DNA of 64,000 nt, taken from positions 17,732,001 to 17,796,000 of the forward strand of contig NW_024704748.1 of NCBI RefSeq assembly GCF_018977255.1, written 5' to 3'. The stretch comes from Callorhinchus milii. Lineage: Eukaryota. The number at the start of each line of letters is the position of its first letter. The stretch's first letter is position 1. A program made the translations under genes and the position numbers. Below the pieces are notes generated by a model. The model did no database searches, was not told where the DNA came from, and was given only the letters and a program-made list of their open reading frames with translations. Positions 11,790 to 24,842 of the stretch are shown here, in pieces.

Positions 11790-12005
11790 ACCATCATCCC
11801 CTGTCCTCTATCCCATTTTCTACCTCGTCTTCCTTGCCCTGCCTCCCCCACCCCTCTCTGTTAGTCCTTAAAAGCCTCTCCTTCCCAACATAGCTCAGTT
11901 CTGATGCAAAGTCTTGGGAACCCCAAACATTGACTCACTTTCCTTTCTCCATAGATGCTGCCTGACCTTTGCTGAGTGTTCCCGGCGACTCATGTTTTGT
12001 TTTCC
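11790..12005 (+). mobile_element. Penelope-like element terminal fragment
   Basis: Pyrimidine tract followed by cagttctgatgcaaagtc..aaacattgactc..tttctccatagatgctgcctgacc..gctgagtgttcc, resembling Penelope-type termini common in sharks (recognised from memory). Confidence 0.55.
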
Positions 12006-12159
12006 TGTAATCTGAGATGTGCCTATTAGAGAGAAACCCACAGGTGTGTGCTGGCGTTTCCTGAAATGGAAATGGTTTAAGCATTCATCACACAGAGTAA
12101 CATAAACATCGTGCACGCAGAATTTCACGCCTGCGGTTAAAAAGAGCACGAGAAAGCTG

Positions 12160-12312
12160 TGCAAAGCTGTGCGCAATTGGCTGCCGCGTTCGCCCACAAA
12201 TATACAGTCAATTCACTTTACAGTGTGTTCTGTGAAGCGCTTTGGGACGTCCTCCCGACGTGAAAAGCGCTATATCAAATGCAAGGATTATTATTATTAT
12301 TATTATTATTAT
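12160..12312 (+). mobile_element. Truncated young SINE with an (ATT)n tail
   Basis: gcgcaattggctgccgcgttcgcccacaaat..aagcgctttgggacgtcctcccgacgtgaaaagcgctatatcaaatgcaagg(att)n; CpGs are retained. Confidence 0.88.
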
Positions 12313-12399
12313 TCGTAAAGTTCAGCCCCAGATGCACGGGGGGGGGACTGGCTTCCTGGTGGCAGGTAACGCAAGACCGTTATTCAGGAGTTATCAGTA

Positions 12400-13450
12400 T
12401 CCATTTCGCATCGCGAAAAAAAAACGTATCGATTCAAGGATTGCGGACTTGCACATCGCCCACTCGAGGTTTCCCTATCAATACACGCGTTTATCCGCAC
12501 ACTATTGATCCACCTGAGAGAAGGTGTGTGAAATCGGGCTTCAAAGTCATTCCAGGGAAATAAAACGCAGGCGAGTTCTCCAGAACCCCCCCCACACACC
12601 CCCCCACACCCCACCACACACCCCACACCGCAGCAAACTGGAAGTTTACTTAAATTAACCCGAACATCGATAACGATTACAATCTCAACACCTTGGTTCG
12701 GTTTCCAGGAACACGCCGAGGCGGGGGGGAGGTTTGGTGGGGGAGAGGGGGAGAGAGGGAGAGAGGGGGGTGTCCGGCGAACTCACAATAACCTGTCGGC
12801 TGCAACACGATTTTAGTTTCACTTTTCGTACACGTTTTCGTTGCTGGGAGGGTTTCCCTGGGGAGAGAGATGGTTTATTCCGGCGCTGTGCCGCTGTAGG
12901 GGTCGCGTTTACTGCCGTCTGTGGGCGGCGAAGTGCGCGCAGACCTCACGCACGGCAGCGGCCGCTGTACCTGCCGCAGGTCACCCCGTGGGGCACCAGG
13001 GCACGACTTCCCGAGCGCACCAGCGGGTAGACAACGGGAGGGAAGCCACTGCCCCCGGTGCCGAGGCTCGGGACAGGTCCGACCAGAGAAGCTCCGTCAG
13101 CAGCGAGCAAACAAGTCGTGCCTTCAGACCTGCGAGCACAGCAGCAGCGACATGGCCTCCAGCCCTTCGGGAGGTGGTGACACCGACCCGCAAACCCAAC
13201 AGGTGAGGTGGTTTTTTGTTGTTGTTGTTGTTATCTATTGTAATCTATATATGTTTATATATATATATACGTTTCAGTCGTTTCCTCGCCGGAGCCCCCG
13301 ATGCTGTACGCGGCTCATACACACACACACACACACACACACAAAAAAAAATCACCTTCGCATCCACACACTCGTAACTCGGTAGAAAGCGGCACCGCGT
13401 TCGCTGAACCTTTGGAGAAGTGTTAACGCTGAGCCCTGTAACACAGCAGC
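12400..13450 (+). promoter_or_regulatory. ANK3: Second CpG island: promoter of the ANK3 distal first exon
   Basis: GC- and CpG-rich block that contains the ATG and donor of the exon 1a-like segment. Confidence 0.7.
13152..13202 (+). CDS. ANK3: ANK3 (ankyrin-G) distal alternative first coding exon, exon 1a-like: MASSPSGGGDTDPQTQQ
   Basis: Kozak context gacATGg, 17 codons, phase-0 donor CAG|gtgagg, inside a CpG island. Resembles the recalled human ANK3 isoform N-terminus MASSASSSPAGTEDSAPAQ, and the head-to-head position next to CDK1 matches known vertebrate synteny. Confidence 0.75.
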
Positions 13451-13870
13451 CACCGAGTTTCACTGACGACGAATAACTTTCCCAGACAGGAGTTGCCTCT
13501 GCACTGACTTGCTCAGTCGTTAACTACTACACTTGACCGTATTAAACACTGCACCGCAACTGATTTAATGTCGAGGTACAATGCAAACCCCACCCGACGA
13601 GCTCTTAAAAGTTATTTTTTTAAAAAGATTATTCGGACTTCGGATTTGCATCTGTTGTAAACCTTCGGGATCAGAGATATTAAACACACGCTGAGAGCTG
13701 CAGGAAGACGCGCTTTTTGAAGTGAAACTTAAGTCTTCCAAGTAAAGAGATATCAAACAGTCCACCGACCTGGAAACTCAAGCCGCGGTTTGTCTGTGAA
13801 GGTTAAAGAAAAACACAGAACCGAAGGTATTGATGTGATGTGTAATCTAATCGTTTGGGAATAACGCACA

Positions 13871-13898
13871 ACACACACACACACACACACACACACAC
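13871..13898. repeat. (CA)n microsatellite (another at ~13319-13342)
   Basis: Read directly from the sequence. Confidence 0.95.
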
Positions 13899-14243
13899 GC
13901 GACGTGTTTCAATGCAAGTCCCAGCGTGTGAACTCGGCATTTAGAGGAAGTTAAGTACAACTGTATCTCCAACTTTGATCTGATAACTTCTCTGGGTTTG
14001 GATTCCCGACTGCTTTCAGGAGAGAGAGAGAGTCATCTCAGTTTGGGCAAATCCTGTGCAGTCTGAGCTCAGCAGCAATGTCAAGCATGAAACCCGCGTG
14101 ACAACGGATCCAAAACTTTGGGAGTCGGTTTATATTATTCTGTTTCAGTCTTGGGGGGAATCTGTTGATTTTCCGATTAAAATATTTTAATCTGTTTATT
14201 TTCCTATTAAGAAAGATGCAGGTTTCTGTTGCAACGATACTCT

Positions 14244-14601
14244 GGAGTCCCGCAGCGCATTGGTGGGAGCACTCGCCTCGCAAAGGAAAGGCACCCGGGG
14301 TTCAGTTCCTGGGCAGAGCCAAACCTTAAACAAGTTTTTTTTTGACTCCGCAGAGCTCTGCTTACCTCAGTCAGTCCGAATCCGGTTGTTAGTTCATTGG
14401 CAGATCACATTCCGGGGGTAATGATCTCTCAAATCACTCAGTCGGTGACTGTTTGTAGGATCAATTAATTGGCTGCTGGATTTCGCCCACAAAAACATAC
14501 ATTCAATTCACTTTGTATATTCACTTTGTATATTCCGTGAAGCACTTTGAGATGTCTCGACTACATGATAAGGTGCTGTGTCAACTGCAAGGATTATTAT
14601 T
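14244..14601 (+). mobile_element. Full-length diverged tRNA-derived SINE
   Basis: ggagtcc head, A and B box remnants, body, and tail gcaaggattattatt. Confidence 0.85.
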
Positions 14602-15050
14602 TATCAAATTACACATTTCTGCAATCTTATGAAACCTCACCAAGCAACGTAACCTAACAGAATTTCCACCACACACAAAGGGATTGGCACCATTGTAACG
14701 TTCACTCTTAAGAACCATGTTGGACTTTGGAAGTCCACACTGCATGCACGACTTTACAAAGTACTGGTACAATCTGTGGGGTTTCCTGAAAGATTGGGTG
14801 CTTGTCTATTTAAACAAGGTAATAACGATGCACATGTTATTGATGATGAGCTCATTCAAACTACCACCTGAAAATATTTATTCTGTAGCTCATCAATCAT
14901 GTAAAAAATAATGATTCTTTGTGAGTTGAACCTGAACTAGATGTGAATCTGTGAGAACCTTGAAACCATTTTTACTTGTTGCTTCCTTTCATTGCAAGTG
15001 TTCCTATAACAGATAACACGAGCATGTTTTCTTTTCAAAGCCACGCCAAA

Positions 15051-15373
15051 TAATAATAATAATAATCCTTGCATTTGATATAGCGTTTTTCACGTCAGGA
15101 GGAAGTCCCAAAGCGCTTCACAGAACATACTGTAAAGTGAATTGACTGTATATTTGTGGGCGAACCCGGCAGCCAATTGCGCACAGCAATGTCCCACAAA
15201 CAGTCGTAGATTGAAAATGACCAATTTGTTATTGTTTTTTGGTTTTGGAGGGATTATTATTAGGCTCTGTGTGGAGTAAGGAAACTTGCCCAAGGTTTCG
15301 CCCTCTGCCTGGAATTGAACTCGGGTCTCTCGCTTGCAAAGCGAGTGCTCTAACCACTGAGCTACAGGACTCC
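15051..15373 (-). mobile_element. Full-length tRNA-Ala-derived SINE
   Basis: Reverse strand reads ggagtcctgtagctcagtggttagagcactcgctttgcaagcgagagacccgagttcaattcc; anticodon arm CTCGC-TTTGCAA-GCGAG (TGC). Confidence 0.92.
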
Positions 15374-15714
15374 ACCAGTAATCACAATGCAAACAATCGT
15401 GATCCAGTTTTTGGATGAAAAACTGCAGCGTAGTAGAACAAAGACACAAAATGGATTATCAAATGGATGATGGATACAGAAGTCCAATCCTTATTGTTAT
15501 ACTGTGATTTCTAGCATGTTGCTTATTCCTCACTTTCATAATTGTGCAGTGATGTGTGGGAATGAGTTTTTTTTCTAGAATAAAATAGTCAATGACAGAT
15601 TGGGCATATTTCCATTTCTAAGTTTGTGTGTAGATATCTTCACCGTTAACAAGGCTCACTGCACTTGTCTGTAATTCATCACTGGAGCAGTTGTTATTCT
15701 ATGTGATGCATAGA

Positions 15715-15828
15715 ATTTTGCCCACAAAATATACAGTCAATTCACTTTACAGTATATTCTGTGAAGTGCTTTGAGATGTCTCGAAGACACAATAAGGTGT
15801 TATATCAAATACAAGGATTATTATTATT
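15715..15828 (+). mobile_element. SINE 3' fragment
   Basis: gcccacaaaatatacagtcaattcac..aggattattatt. Confidence 0.8.
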
Positions 15829-17329
15829 ACATATGCAAAACTACTTTCAATATATTTGTGATAAGTGGCATGCCAGGGTATGATAATTACACAAAGAGAC
15901 AGGCTTGTAATTTTTAAAATAAAGTGCATTATATAGTAAGTGAAAATTGGCTTCTGGGTTGTTGGTGCAATATATATATATATATATACACTGAAAATAC
16001 AGGAAATTAAATACTTCATATTAGGATAATGCCACAGGTTGGGAGTCGCACTCAAAATAAGTAACATTTTGAGGGATTTAGATGATTCATAAACCTTGTC
16101 AACATTATTGATATTTGAAAACATTCCTGGTTGCTCATCTTCTATCTGAATACAGAGAACTAGAATATATTACCTTTTAATAAAACAGAAGGTCATGGAA
16201 GGAAAAGTAGTCCAGTTCAAATGATCAGCAAGTGGAGGGTGCTTGTGCGTAGGTTCTTAATGAGGATGGGATGGGTATACGTGTGATGCTTTCCCTGTGA
16301 AGACTCGGACTGCAAGAGTGGACACTTGGGTCAGAATCTGGACGCCTACGAACAACTGTAATACTTCAGCATAAGTTAGTGATAAATGTAGTTTCAGAAG
16401 GTGGTATATCTTGCCTAACCAACCCCAACCAACTAAATTCTAAGTGTACCTATCAATGAATTTTGGACCCTAAAATTAATTGGTTACTTTTGTAAGATTT
16501 TTTCAATTGTAGATTGTGACATTGTGTTCCTTCCTACTCCTGTTTTCTGGCAAACTATATGAAGTCCATATTGACTTGCTGTTAACTTCACGTTTTACAA
16601 AGCAGTTTTTTTGCACTCCGATTGTATAACAGCAAAGAAGCAGAAATTGTTTCATAAGTGAAGTAATCTTAGAAGGGATGCCATATAACCTTATTCTATT
16701 GTACTTCCCTTTGCCAAGCATTCGGGTGTTGGTACAGTGTTTACTAAAACCCCAAAGTGTTCAACAACTTCCTGTTAAAGTATAGTGCCTTTTAATAGTA
16801 AAAGAAACACACCAGAGTCATAGTTCATATATAAGTACAGTTTCCCACTAATGATATTGCTGTAGATATCAGAAAATTGGTGAATGTACAATATTTCTAG
16901 TTATTTGGATAAAAAATGCAACCTATGATTATCAGCAGTGTTAATTAACACAGTATAGTTTGCAATTTTCACACCATAGTCTTAACCCTAAATAATGGTG
17001 GGGCACATAGGTCTACTGTTTTACATTTATTATTTTGGTGACACAAACTAATGTTATTTCAATCGTAACTGTGGATAGTCCACACTCAGATGAGCAACTG
17101 AGATTTTTCAAGGTAAAATGATATGCGTTTTAAATAAGCAAGTGCCTTGACTTGAACAAATATTAGTTCCCACTGAGCTCTTATTCCTAAGATTCCTTCA
17201 GAACTAAAAAGGACACTTTAGAATTGTAACAAATATGAACATTTCTTAAGCAAAGGGACCTTCCACTGTTATTTAAAAAGTGACAACTGGAACGGTGCAA
17301 CTTCGGTATCCACTCAGTTATTTACCTAG

Positions 17330-17550
17330 TGCCTTCAGCCACTACGCCTTTAGATTCTGGAACTCTCTCCCTAATCCCTCCGCCTTGCACCCTCCCTACC
17401 TTCAAATCCCACCTAAAGACTTTCCTTTTTGATCGTGATTAGAGTCACTTCACCCCTCCTCTTCCTCTGGCTTGGGGTCAGACTCTGCCACTGTGAGGCG
17501 CTCTGGGATGCTACCCAGCGTGAAGACCACTATATAAATGCAAGTTGTTA
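17330..17550 (+). mobile_element. L2 LINE 3' fragment
   Basis: gccttcagccactacgcc..tggaactctctccc..ttcaaatcccacctaaagactttcc..tatataaatgcaagttgtt. Confidence 0.8.
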
Positions 17551-19099
17551 TAAACATTGAGCAAAAGTGAAAGACTGATTCCAAGGAAAATCCTGTGAAT
17601 TGCTTTGAGACTTCCTTCTGACATGATAAGGCACTATGACAAATGCATGGATTATTAGTTTAAATAGTGTTCTAGAAGCTTTCTACTTATGCACTTTGTG
17701 TTTGAAAATTCTATTCATTTATATTTAATAATGGGCTAGAAATCATATGGTACTATATGTCTGCAAAAAACATACTTACCGACTACTGTTTTGGTAGCAA
17801 GACTGCTAAACAGTTGTAATGTTGGAGCAGGTTTCTTTTTTAGTTGTGACCTGTCATTTAAAGACTGTAATTTACAATGTTTACATGGTATTCAAAGCCA
17901 TTGAGCTGATGTGTTATTTTCCAGGATTTCATCTACGGTGGTGCATTGAGTTACAGCGATTCTGCACTCAGTGTCACAGCGTCTCAGTTCTGTACTGACA
18001 CATAACTGTACACTCGTATAACTAGAAGCATCCTTCGTTAGACCAGCACAAACCAATGAGCGCAAACAAATTTAACTAAAAACCAGATGCTGCAATGTTT
18101 ATTGTAAAACCTTGTCATTCTTACCCCAATGGAACAGAAGAAGAAAAAAATCAATGTTATGTTGCTTGGATTCATTTTTAACATTTGAAGTATGAATGCT
18201 GGTTGAGCAAACATTTCTCACATTTTTTGGGGGAGGGGGAACAGTAACTCATTGACAGTCACTATCACAGCTGTGTTGGTGCACGTCACAGACCACTGTT
18301 CTAATAAGAAGTATTCAAAGAGAGGGAACATTGATATTTTGTATGCAGAAAGGTTTTTGGTGTCGAATACATAGTTTAATGTATTGATGCAACAAAGTAC
18401 ATTTGTGCAGAAAAGGGCCAGTGTTGTAACAGTGGACCCAGAGTCACAATCCAGTGACTTGAACCCACTTGTACATTTCATCCTCGCTTGTTAAACCATT
18501 CAAATGGAGTGTTACCATTTGGCAGTGTAAGTTTATACTCCCTTTTCTTGTTCTTGCTAAGTAACTGTTGGTATTACAATTTTTTCTTTTTAACCAAAAG
18601 TTATCTAATGTTAATTTGAAAGCAGTTTCAGTTTGTGGAGTCAGTTTTAACTTGTGTTCAGGCAAGATATTTAGATTTGGCTGTGGATGTGTCCTAGATA
18701 ATCAGAGTTTATTCTGAGAATGACTGGACTTTGCTCAACCAGAAAACTATCCAAAACTTTGTAATATTTGGTAAAAGTGTTGTTCTGTCTTTCTGTGCGT
18801 TGTGCAAAGAAGTGAGTTGTAAGTGAGCCATTATTTTAAATTTAAATCTGGTTGTATATTCCCTCCGAAACACTACCCGTGTGAAGGGTGCTATATAAAT
18901 GTAAGTTGTTGTTGTATTCTGTGAGACCATGAACTGATTTTTTTTCAGATGATAGTTTTGTTTGTGGAGGGGAGAAATGACTTTTTTTGAGGAAAAGATT
19001 ATTGGGTTTGTTTTAAAAGTGATGCCAATGTAACAATGAATTGTATCGGAGAACTGTAACTAAATACATTATTGGATTTTCCCAATGGCATTAATGTAG

Positions 19100-19680
19100 T
19101 GCCCTTCATGCAGGGTAGCATCCCGGAGTGCTTGACAGTGGTGAAGTCTGATGCCAAGGGGAGTGGGGTGACAGGGGGAGATGACCATAAGCACGATCAA
19201 AAAGGAAGACCTTTAGGTGGGATTGAAAGTGGGAAGGGAGGGGGGCAAAGAGGAGGGATTGAGGGAGAGAATTCCAGAGTTTCAGGGAGTAGTGGTGATG
19301 GTGGAGCGGAGGGACGAGGGACAAATGGGAGGCCAAAGCCAGCCGAGAGGAGGCAGCAGGTGGTGGAGTGAGGCTTAAGCAGATCGGATAGGTAGGGAGG
19401 TGCGAGGGCATGACAGGATTTGAAAACGAGTGAGAGGATCTTGAAATCAATCTGTTCAGTAGTTGGGAGCCGATGTAGCCTGGCAAGGACTGGTGTGTAG
19501 GGGGTCCCGAGTTTTGTGCGGGTGAGTATACGGACGACAGAATTTTGAATCAATTGAATTTTGTGTATGATGGAGCTGTGGAGACCAGTGAGCGTGACAT
19601 TGGAATAGTCCAGCTGACAAGTGACAAGGGTTTTGGCTGCATAAGTTGTGAGTATGGACGGAGGTGGGAAATGTGACCAT
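19100..19680 (-). mobile_element. L2 LINE 3' portion
   Basis: ORF 19197-19553 reads IQNSVVRILTRTK..TPVLARLHRLP..IDFKIL..LAPPYLSDLL. Confidence 0.88.
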
Positions 19681-20649
19681 TTATATAAAAAAANGTGGAC
19701 TCAATCAATGGAGAATTCTGAGAAACGTATGCACTAGCTGAAGCAGAATTGATGGAGGTGTTTTGATTTCGGAATCTATTCCTGTACTATTCTCCTGCCC
19801 AAGGTTGGTACACTTATCAGTAATGCTAACGATATAGTTTCAGCACCATGTGAAAGATATGTTTAACATTACCCACAGATAAGTGCAGCAGCAGTCCTCA
19901 GATCTGATGTCCAAACCACCTTTTAAGATGTACTTATTAATTGCTTTATTGTTTGCACTGTATTTTAGATTCAGTATACTGTTAATGTAAAGTATGTATT
20001 ACATTTTGGCAAATATTAAGAAAGTTAATACTCTAAACTGAATGATCTCACTGAATGATATAATTTTAAAGTTATTGAATATTCAGCAAAATCAAAGTAA
20101 ACATTTCAAGGGGGATTATGAAATGCTGAGCAGTTTCCATGTATTGATAAAGTGTTGATCGGTTTGGACAGCTCTCAGTGATCTGCAACTGTTGTCATTT
20201 TTTCCACTAGGTTCTGTTAAGCTTGCGGATGCATTAAAGTCTGCAGTCATCAGCACATGCATTAGTGTCCATTGTAGGCAGAACAAAAGAAAATACAATG
20301 ACACTAGAATTTTTATATGAAACATCAGCAAGAATTGAAATGAGCAATGATATTTGGATTTGTACTCAATTTTGTTTGTGATTCATTTGCTTGATTTGGC
20401 AAAATAATATTTGAAAAACAGTCCATATCAATTTCTTACAAATTGTAGTCAGAAGGGTCCGCAATACTCCAAGGCGCTGCTGATCACAGACCAGCCCCCT
20501 TGGCTTGTTGGCAAGAATTGGAGAGGAAGAGTGATTTACTGGCGACAGCAATTCTTCTCAATTGGCAATTCTTCTTAGTTCGGCCCTATTTACACCTGTT
20601 AACCGTGCAACCCAAACATAATGGGTAGGATAACCTAGTACACACTCTG

Positions 20650-21000
20650 GGTACTTATGTCCTCTCCTGCACCAGATTCCGTGATCCCATCAATCCCATC
20701 CTTGTCTGGCTCCACTGGCTTCCAATCCCCCAGAGCATCTAGTTCAAATCCTCATCCTCCCTTCCTCTATAACCTGCTAACCCCATACCGGACTGCAGCC
20801 CCCTCCACTCAGAGGACTCTGGCCTGCTCCATGTCTGCTGCCCTGCTGCCCCTACCATTGGTGGTCTTCAGTCTTTCTTCTCCCACCTTCCCCTTTCTTC
20901 GCCCACCCTTCGGAATTCCATCCTTTGGTCAGCCCCCTGCCCCTCCTGATCCCAACCCCCAGCTTGGGTGTACATCCTTGACTGCTTAGCACTTTGTTGT
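20650..21000 (+). mobile_element. Degraded L2 fragment
   Basis: ctccactggcttccaatcccccagagcatctagttcaaatcctc matches the LHWLP..FKIL region. Confidence 0.7.
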
Positions 21001-21249
21001 TGGTGTCCCTAATCTTTGGCTCTAGCCAACTTGCAATTAGGTAAGCAAGGCGTGTCCCTCCAGGAATAGTGCATATTCCGTTACAGTCACGGGGAAATTT
21101 CTAGAGTCTGTGGCATGAGGATGTGGAGCTGGTTATGTGTATATGATTTGAATACTCATAAGCAGATTAATGGGTTTCAACAAGTGTCAGACACTTAACA
21201 GAAAAAAATGTGTAGCTAGCACCAATTACTTCCTGTAATTTGTAATTTC

Positions 21250-22195
21250 AATAACAACAAAAATACATTTGTATAGCGCCTTCATGTTGGGAGGACATCC
21301 CAAGATGCGGGACAATCAGTGTTTCGGATCTGAGCTAGGGATTTGGGATCAGGGAGGGAGGAAGACAGGGAGGGGAAGGAGGGTGACTGAAGGCACGGTT
21401 GAAGAGGAGGGTCTTGAGATGGGTTTTGAAGGGAGGGGAAAGGCGGACGGACTGAGATGGAGGTGGGGGGCAGAGTGGCTGAAGGCCCGCCCGCCAATGG
21501 TGGGGCAGGAGAGGCAGGGGACTTGGAGCAGGTCGGAGCCCTCTGAGCGGAGGGAGCGAGCAGCTTAGTAGGGGGTTAGGAGGTCCCAGAGGTAGGGGGG
21601 ACCAAGGCCATGGAGGGCTTTGAAAGTGAGGAGCAGGATCTTGAATTATATCCTCTGTGTGATTGGAAGCCAGTGGAGTCGGGTGAGGATGGGGGTGATA
21701 GGGTCACGGAGCCTGGTGTGGGAGAGGACATGGGCTGCAGAGCTCTGGATGATCTGAAGCCTGTGGAGGGAGGAGTTGGGGTGACCCACAAGCAGGGAGT
21801 TTGCGTCGTCGAAACTGGATGTTATGAATGCGTGTATGAGGGTTTCGGGGGCTTGCGCTGTGAGTCATTGGCTGAGCTGGTCGATATTGCGGAGGTGGGA
21901 AAAAGCGGAGCGGCTTATGGCACAGATGTGGGGTATGAAGGATAGTTGAGGGTCAAATAGGAGCTGAGGTTCCTCATCGGCTCTGTGAGATGTAGAGTGC
22001 AGCCATGGAGGGTGATGCTGTCAGCGCCCAAGGTATGAAGGCGCTGATGGGAGCCAAGCAGGAGGGCCTCGGTCTTGTTGACATTGAACTGCAGGAAGTT
22101 AGCTCTCATTCAGGACTTGATGTCCGACCAGCAGTCTGTGAGGACAGCAGTGGTCCTCGAATTGAGTGTGGAGGTAGAGTTGGGGGGTGTGAGGT
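21250..22195 (-). mobile_element. L2 LINE 3' ~950 bp (RT C-terminus)
   Basis: MRANFLQFNVNKTEALLLGS (L2 'LN..KTE' motif), downstream LHWLP/FKIL and GGRAFS blocks, and the 3' tail at ~21250. Confidence 0.9.
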
Positions 22196-22714
22196 ACTTT
22201 AATTTATATCTCTGTATTTTTTTTTAAGTTGGTTCCTAAATACACCTGTTTAGGTTCAACGACTCTAATTTATAAAGTGGTATTGTACTATAAACCCCTC
22301 AGTGTGTGTGTGTGTGTCTCTGTGACAGGCTTGGCATGTTGTATGCTGTGACTAATTCCTAATCTACAAAACCATAGTTGTGAGAAATGAATGGACTCGC
22401 TTTGTTTAATGAGGACCTCATGTTCCCTGGTACTAGTGTAATATATGCTTATTATCGCATTTTAATCTTGATAAATAAGTTATTGTTGTTTGCTATTAAA
22501 ATGGACTTTGTGCTGCTATCTTACAAAAGCAGTGAATATTCTTGTACAAAACTTTGCAAGAAATGCTTTTGGTATTTAATAATTTCCATGATTGCTTTTG
22601 CTTTTTGTATTGCATCACATTGTTCGCCCTTAGGGTATTTTCATTTTATATGTGTCGAGACACCCTTATCATTGCAAACGTCCTATGACACACTCAAAGA
22701 TTTCAATGAAATCC

Positions 22715-23045
22715 TCTTCCACAGGCTCCCTATCTCCCAACGGTTCAGGTTCAAGATCCTTGTCCCAACCTTTAAATCCCTCCATGGTCTTGTCCCACCC
22801 TACCTCTGAAGCCTCCTGAAGCCCTACCCACCAGGCCGCTCCCTCCACTCAGGCACGGCCTGCTTCACGCCTCCGCTCCACCATTGGCAGTTGAGCGTTT
22901 AGTGTATCTGCCCCCACTCTCTGGAGCTCCATCCTGGAGTCCCTTAGAATTACTCCTTTCCTCGCCTCCCTCAAGACTTTCCTCTTTGATTGTGCTTTTG
23001 GCCATCTTTCCCCCCCATTCCATCCACCCAAGCTTGGGTGCAAAT
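22715..23045 (+). mobile_element. L2 LINE fragment
   Basis: HRLPISQRFRFKILVPTFKSLHGLVPPYL at the end of ORF 22387-22809. Confidence 0.82.
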
Positions 23046-24842
23046 CCTGAAATGCAGCACTCATTTTGGACACACTAATGTTTCACAAACAGCCATTAAG
23101 TGAAAAATCAGTTTATCTGGAGGGTTATTGGCCAGGACAACATGATCTTTAATGTCTAACCTAACAGGCATACAAGCTCTACTGTAATGTCTAATCCAAA
23201 AGGCAGCACTTCCAACAATGCAGTTTTCCCCTAGTGAAGGGTCAGCTTAGACTGTGAGCTATTGGCAAACACTAGAGATCAAACCAGTATTTGATTATTA
23301 ATACACTAATGAATAAGGAAAAAAGTTTCACAATCTTATTGATCCATAGTAATTAACTTATAAGATTGAAGGTTCAATTCTTGAAAAGCAGCAGCAAACT
23401 TGCACTGAAGGGTTTTTAGTGAGAGATGCACATTCATAGCATCAGTACACTGCATTTATGTGAATATTAAATATATCTTAAAATAAAGATACACATGAGG
23501 GACTTAATAGATGTCCATAAAGCAGAACTTTGACTTAGAATTAACTGAAACATTTTGAAAGTGCAATAAATAACTGACGAGCTTTTATCAGAGGTCTTAA
23601 TATTACTCAGAAGCATCTTTTGTATGCCTCATCTATTTTTGTTAGTCAAACAGTTTGGTGTTTTGGTGTTTATGCATTTTATAAAGGGTGGTGTAGCTAA
23701 TTTCTAGCCCAATGTGCCAATAATTCAGTTATTCACTTCACTCAATGGAATCTATTTACTTTCTTGCTCATTTTTCTCTTTTACTAAAAACAATAATATT
23801 TCATAGTGTTGTTGGTGATTTGACTGTAAGGTATTGGAGGTAGTGCATCAGGATCTGATCCTGTTCTTACTTGTTATGCATTTTTAATACACGTATTAGT
23901 AATTGGGGGCAGAAATCCTGCTGGTTCATTTGCTCTGCCTCTTTATTTTAGGGGAAGGTGTGGATCAACTGAAATACCCTAATTACTGCTCCAGTTCAGA
24001 CAACATTCCCTGCAACCTTTTGGTTTTCATGACTTACTGCAATATGGACCTTTATCCAACAGACATTTATCCAATAGACCCTTGGAAAAGGTAGAAGAGA
24101 ACTACGTTTGAAGTGTATCAAAAAGCTGTATTTCATTCCAGAGTGACTTCACTGGAGTTTAAGAATAAACATTAGTGAAAAGCTCTTGTATTAATGAAAT
24201 ACAAGATGAAAATGTACCAGTTACTGTAAATTGTTTAGCTACTCAACCATCCTAAACTAGTATGATTGATTGGTTGGAGAAGAATGGAGTTTCTTGAGAA
24301 ATAGTATGTGCATCCAAACTGCACAGCATAGAGAGTGCATTGTTTAGGAAAACACATCTCCACACAAAAATCAAACCACATTGCACAATGCATTTACTCA
24401 CTGAGCCATTCAGTCCAATAGTCCGGATTGTTTTTTAAATACTACTTCCAAATAGCTGTGTGACACTACTTAAAACATCTTGTACCCAACTGCTACAAGT
24501 TTTTCATCAATGTGCTACAAGACATCAATGGAGTAAAACCATACAGAACGTGGCAGGCTGAATTTCTGCCCTCTTATTGAGTCAACTGCTCAGGTGAGGT
24601 AGCAATGGTGGGCAGGATCAGGTGATATTCTTTGTGTTCTAGTATCCATTTGATGAGGTACTAGAGAGTGACTGCCTGTGGAACTACTCCAGCAACAGTT
24701 GTTGATTTCAGGAGGGAAGGAAGGTCCATACTAAACGTATTGTCAATCAACATTGCTTCAGTTGAGTTCAAAGTTGAGTTGTTTCAGAAGGCTAGATCTG
24801 TAGATACATATCGTGGAACATCATTCAAATTAAATGTAACTT

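Noticed and set aside
12921-13385. 154-aa ORF spanning the ANK3 exon 1a region
   Set aside because: Only 13152-13202 has a Kozak ATG, homology and a donor; the rest reads through UTR and microsatellite-containing intron.
15300-15373. tRNA-Ala(TGC)-like cloverleaf (also at 8279, ~30040 and ~56000)
   Set aside because: The acceptor stem does not pair and the sequence runs directly into a SINE body and tail, so these are SINE heads rather than tRNA genes.
19694-19694. Single N (another at 30824)
   Set aside because: Assembly ambiguity or gap marker, not biology; distances spanning these positions may be underestimates.
23903-24575. Possible MITE bounded by ggggcagaaat / atttctgccctc
   Set aside because: The inverted match is short, similar motifs recur elsewhere in the window, and no TSD or internal homology could be established by eye.
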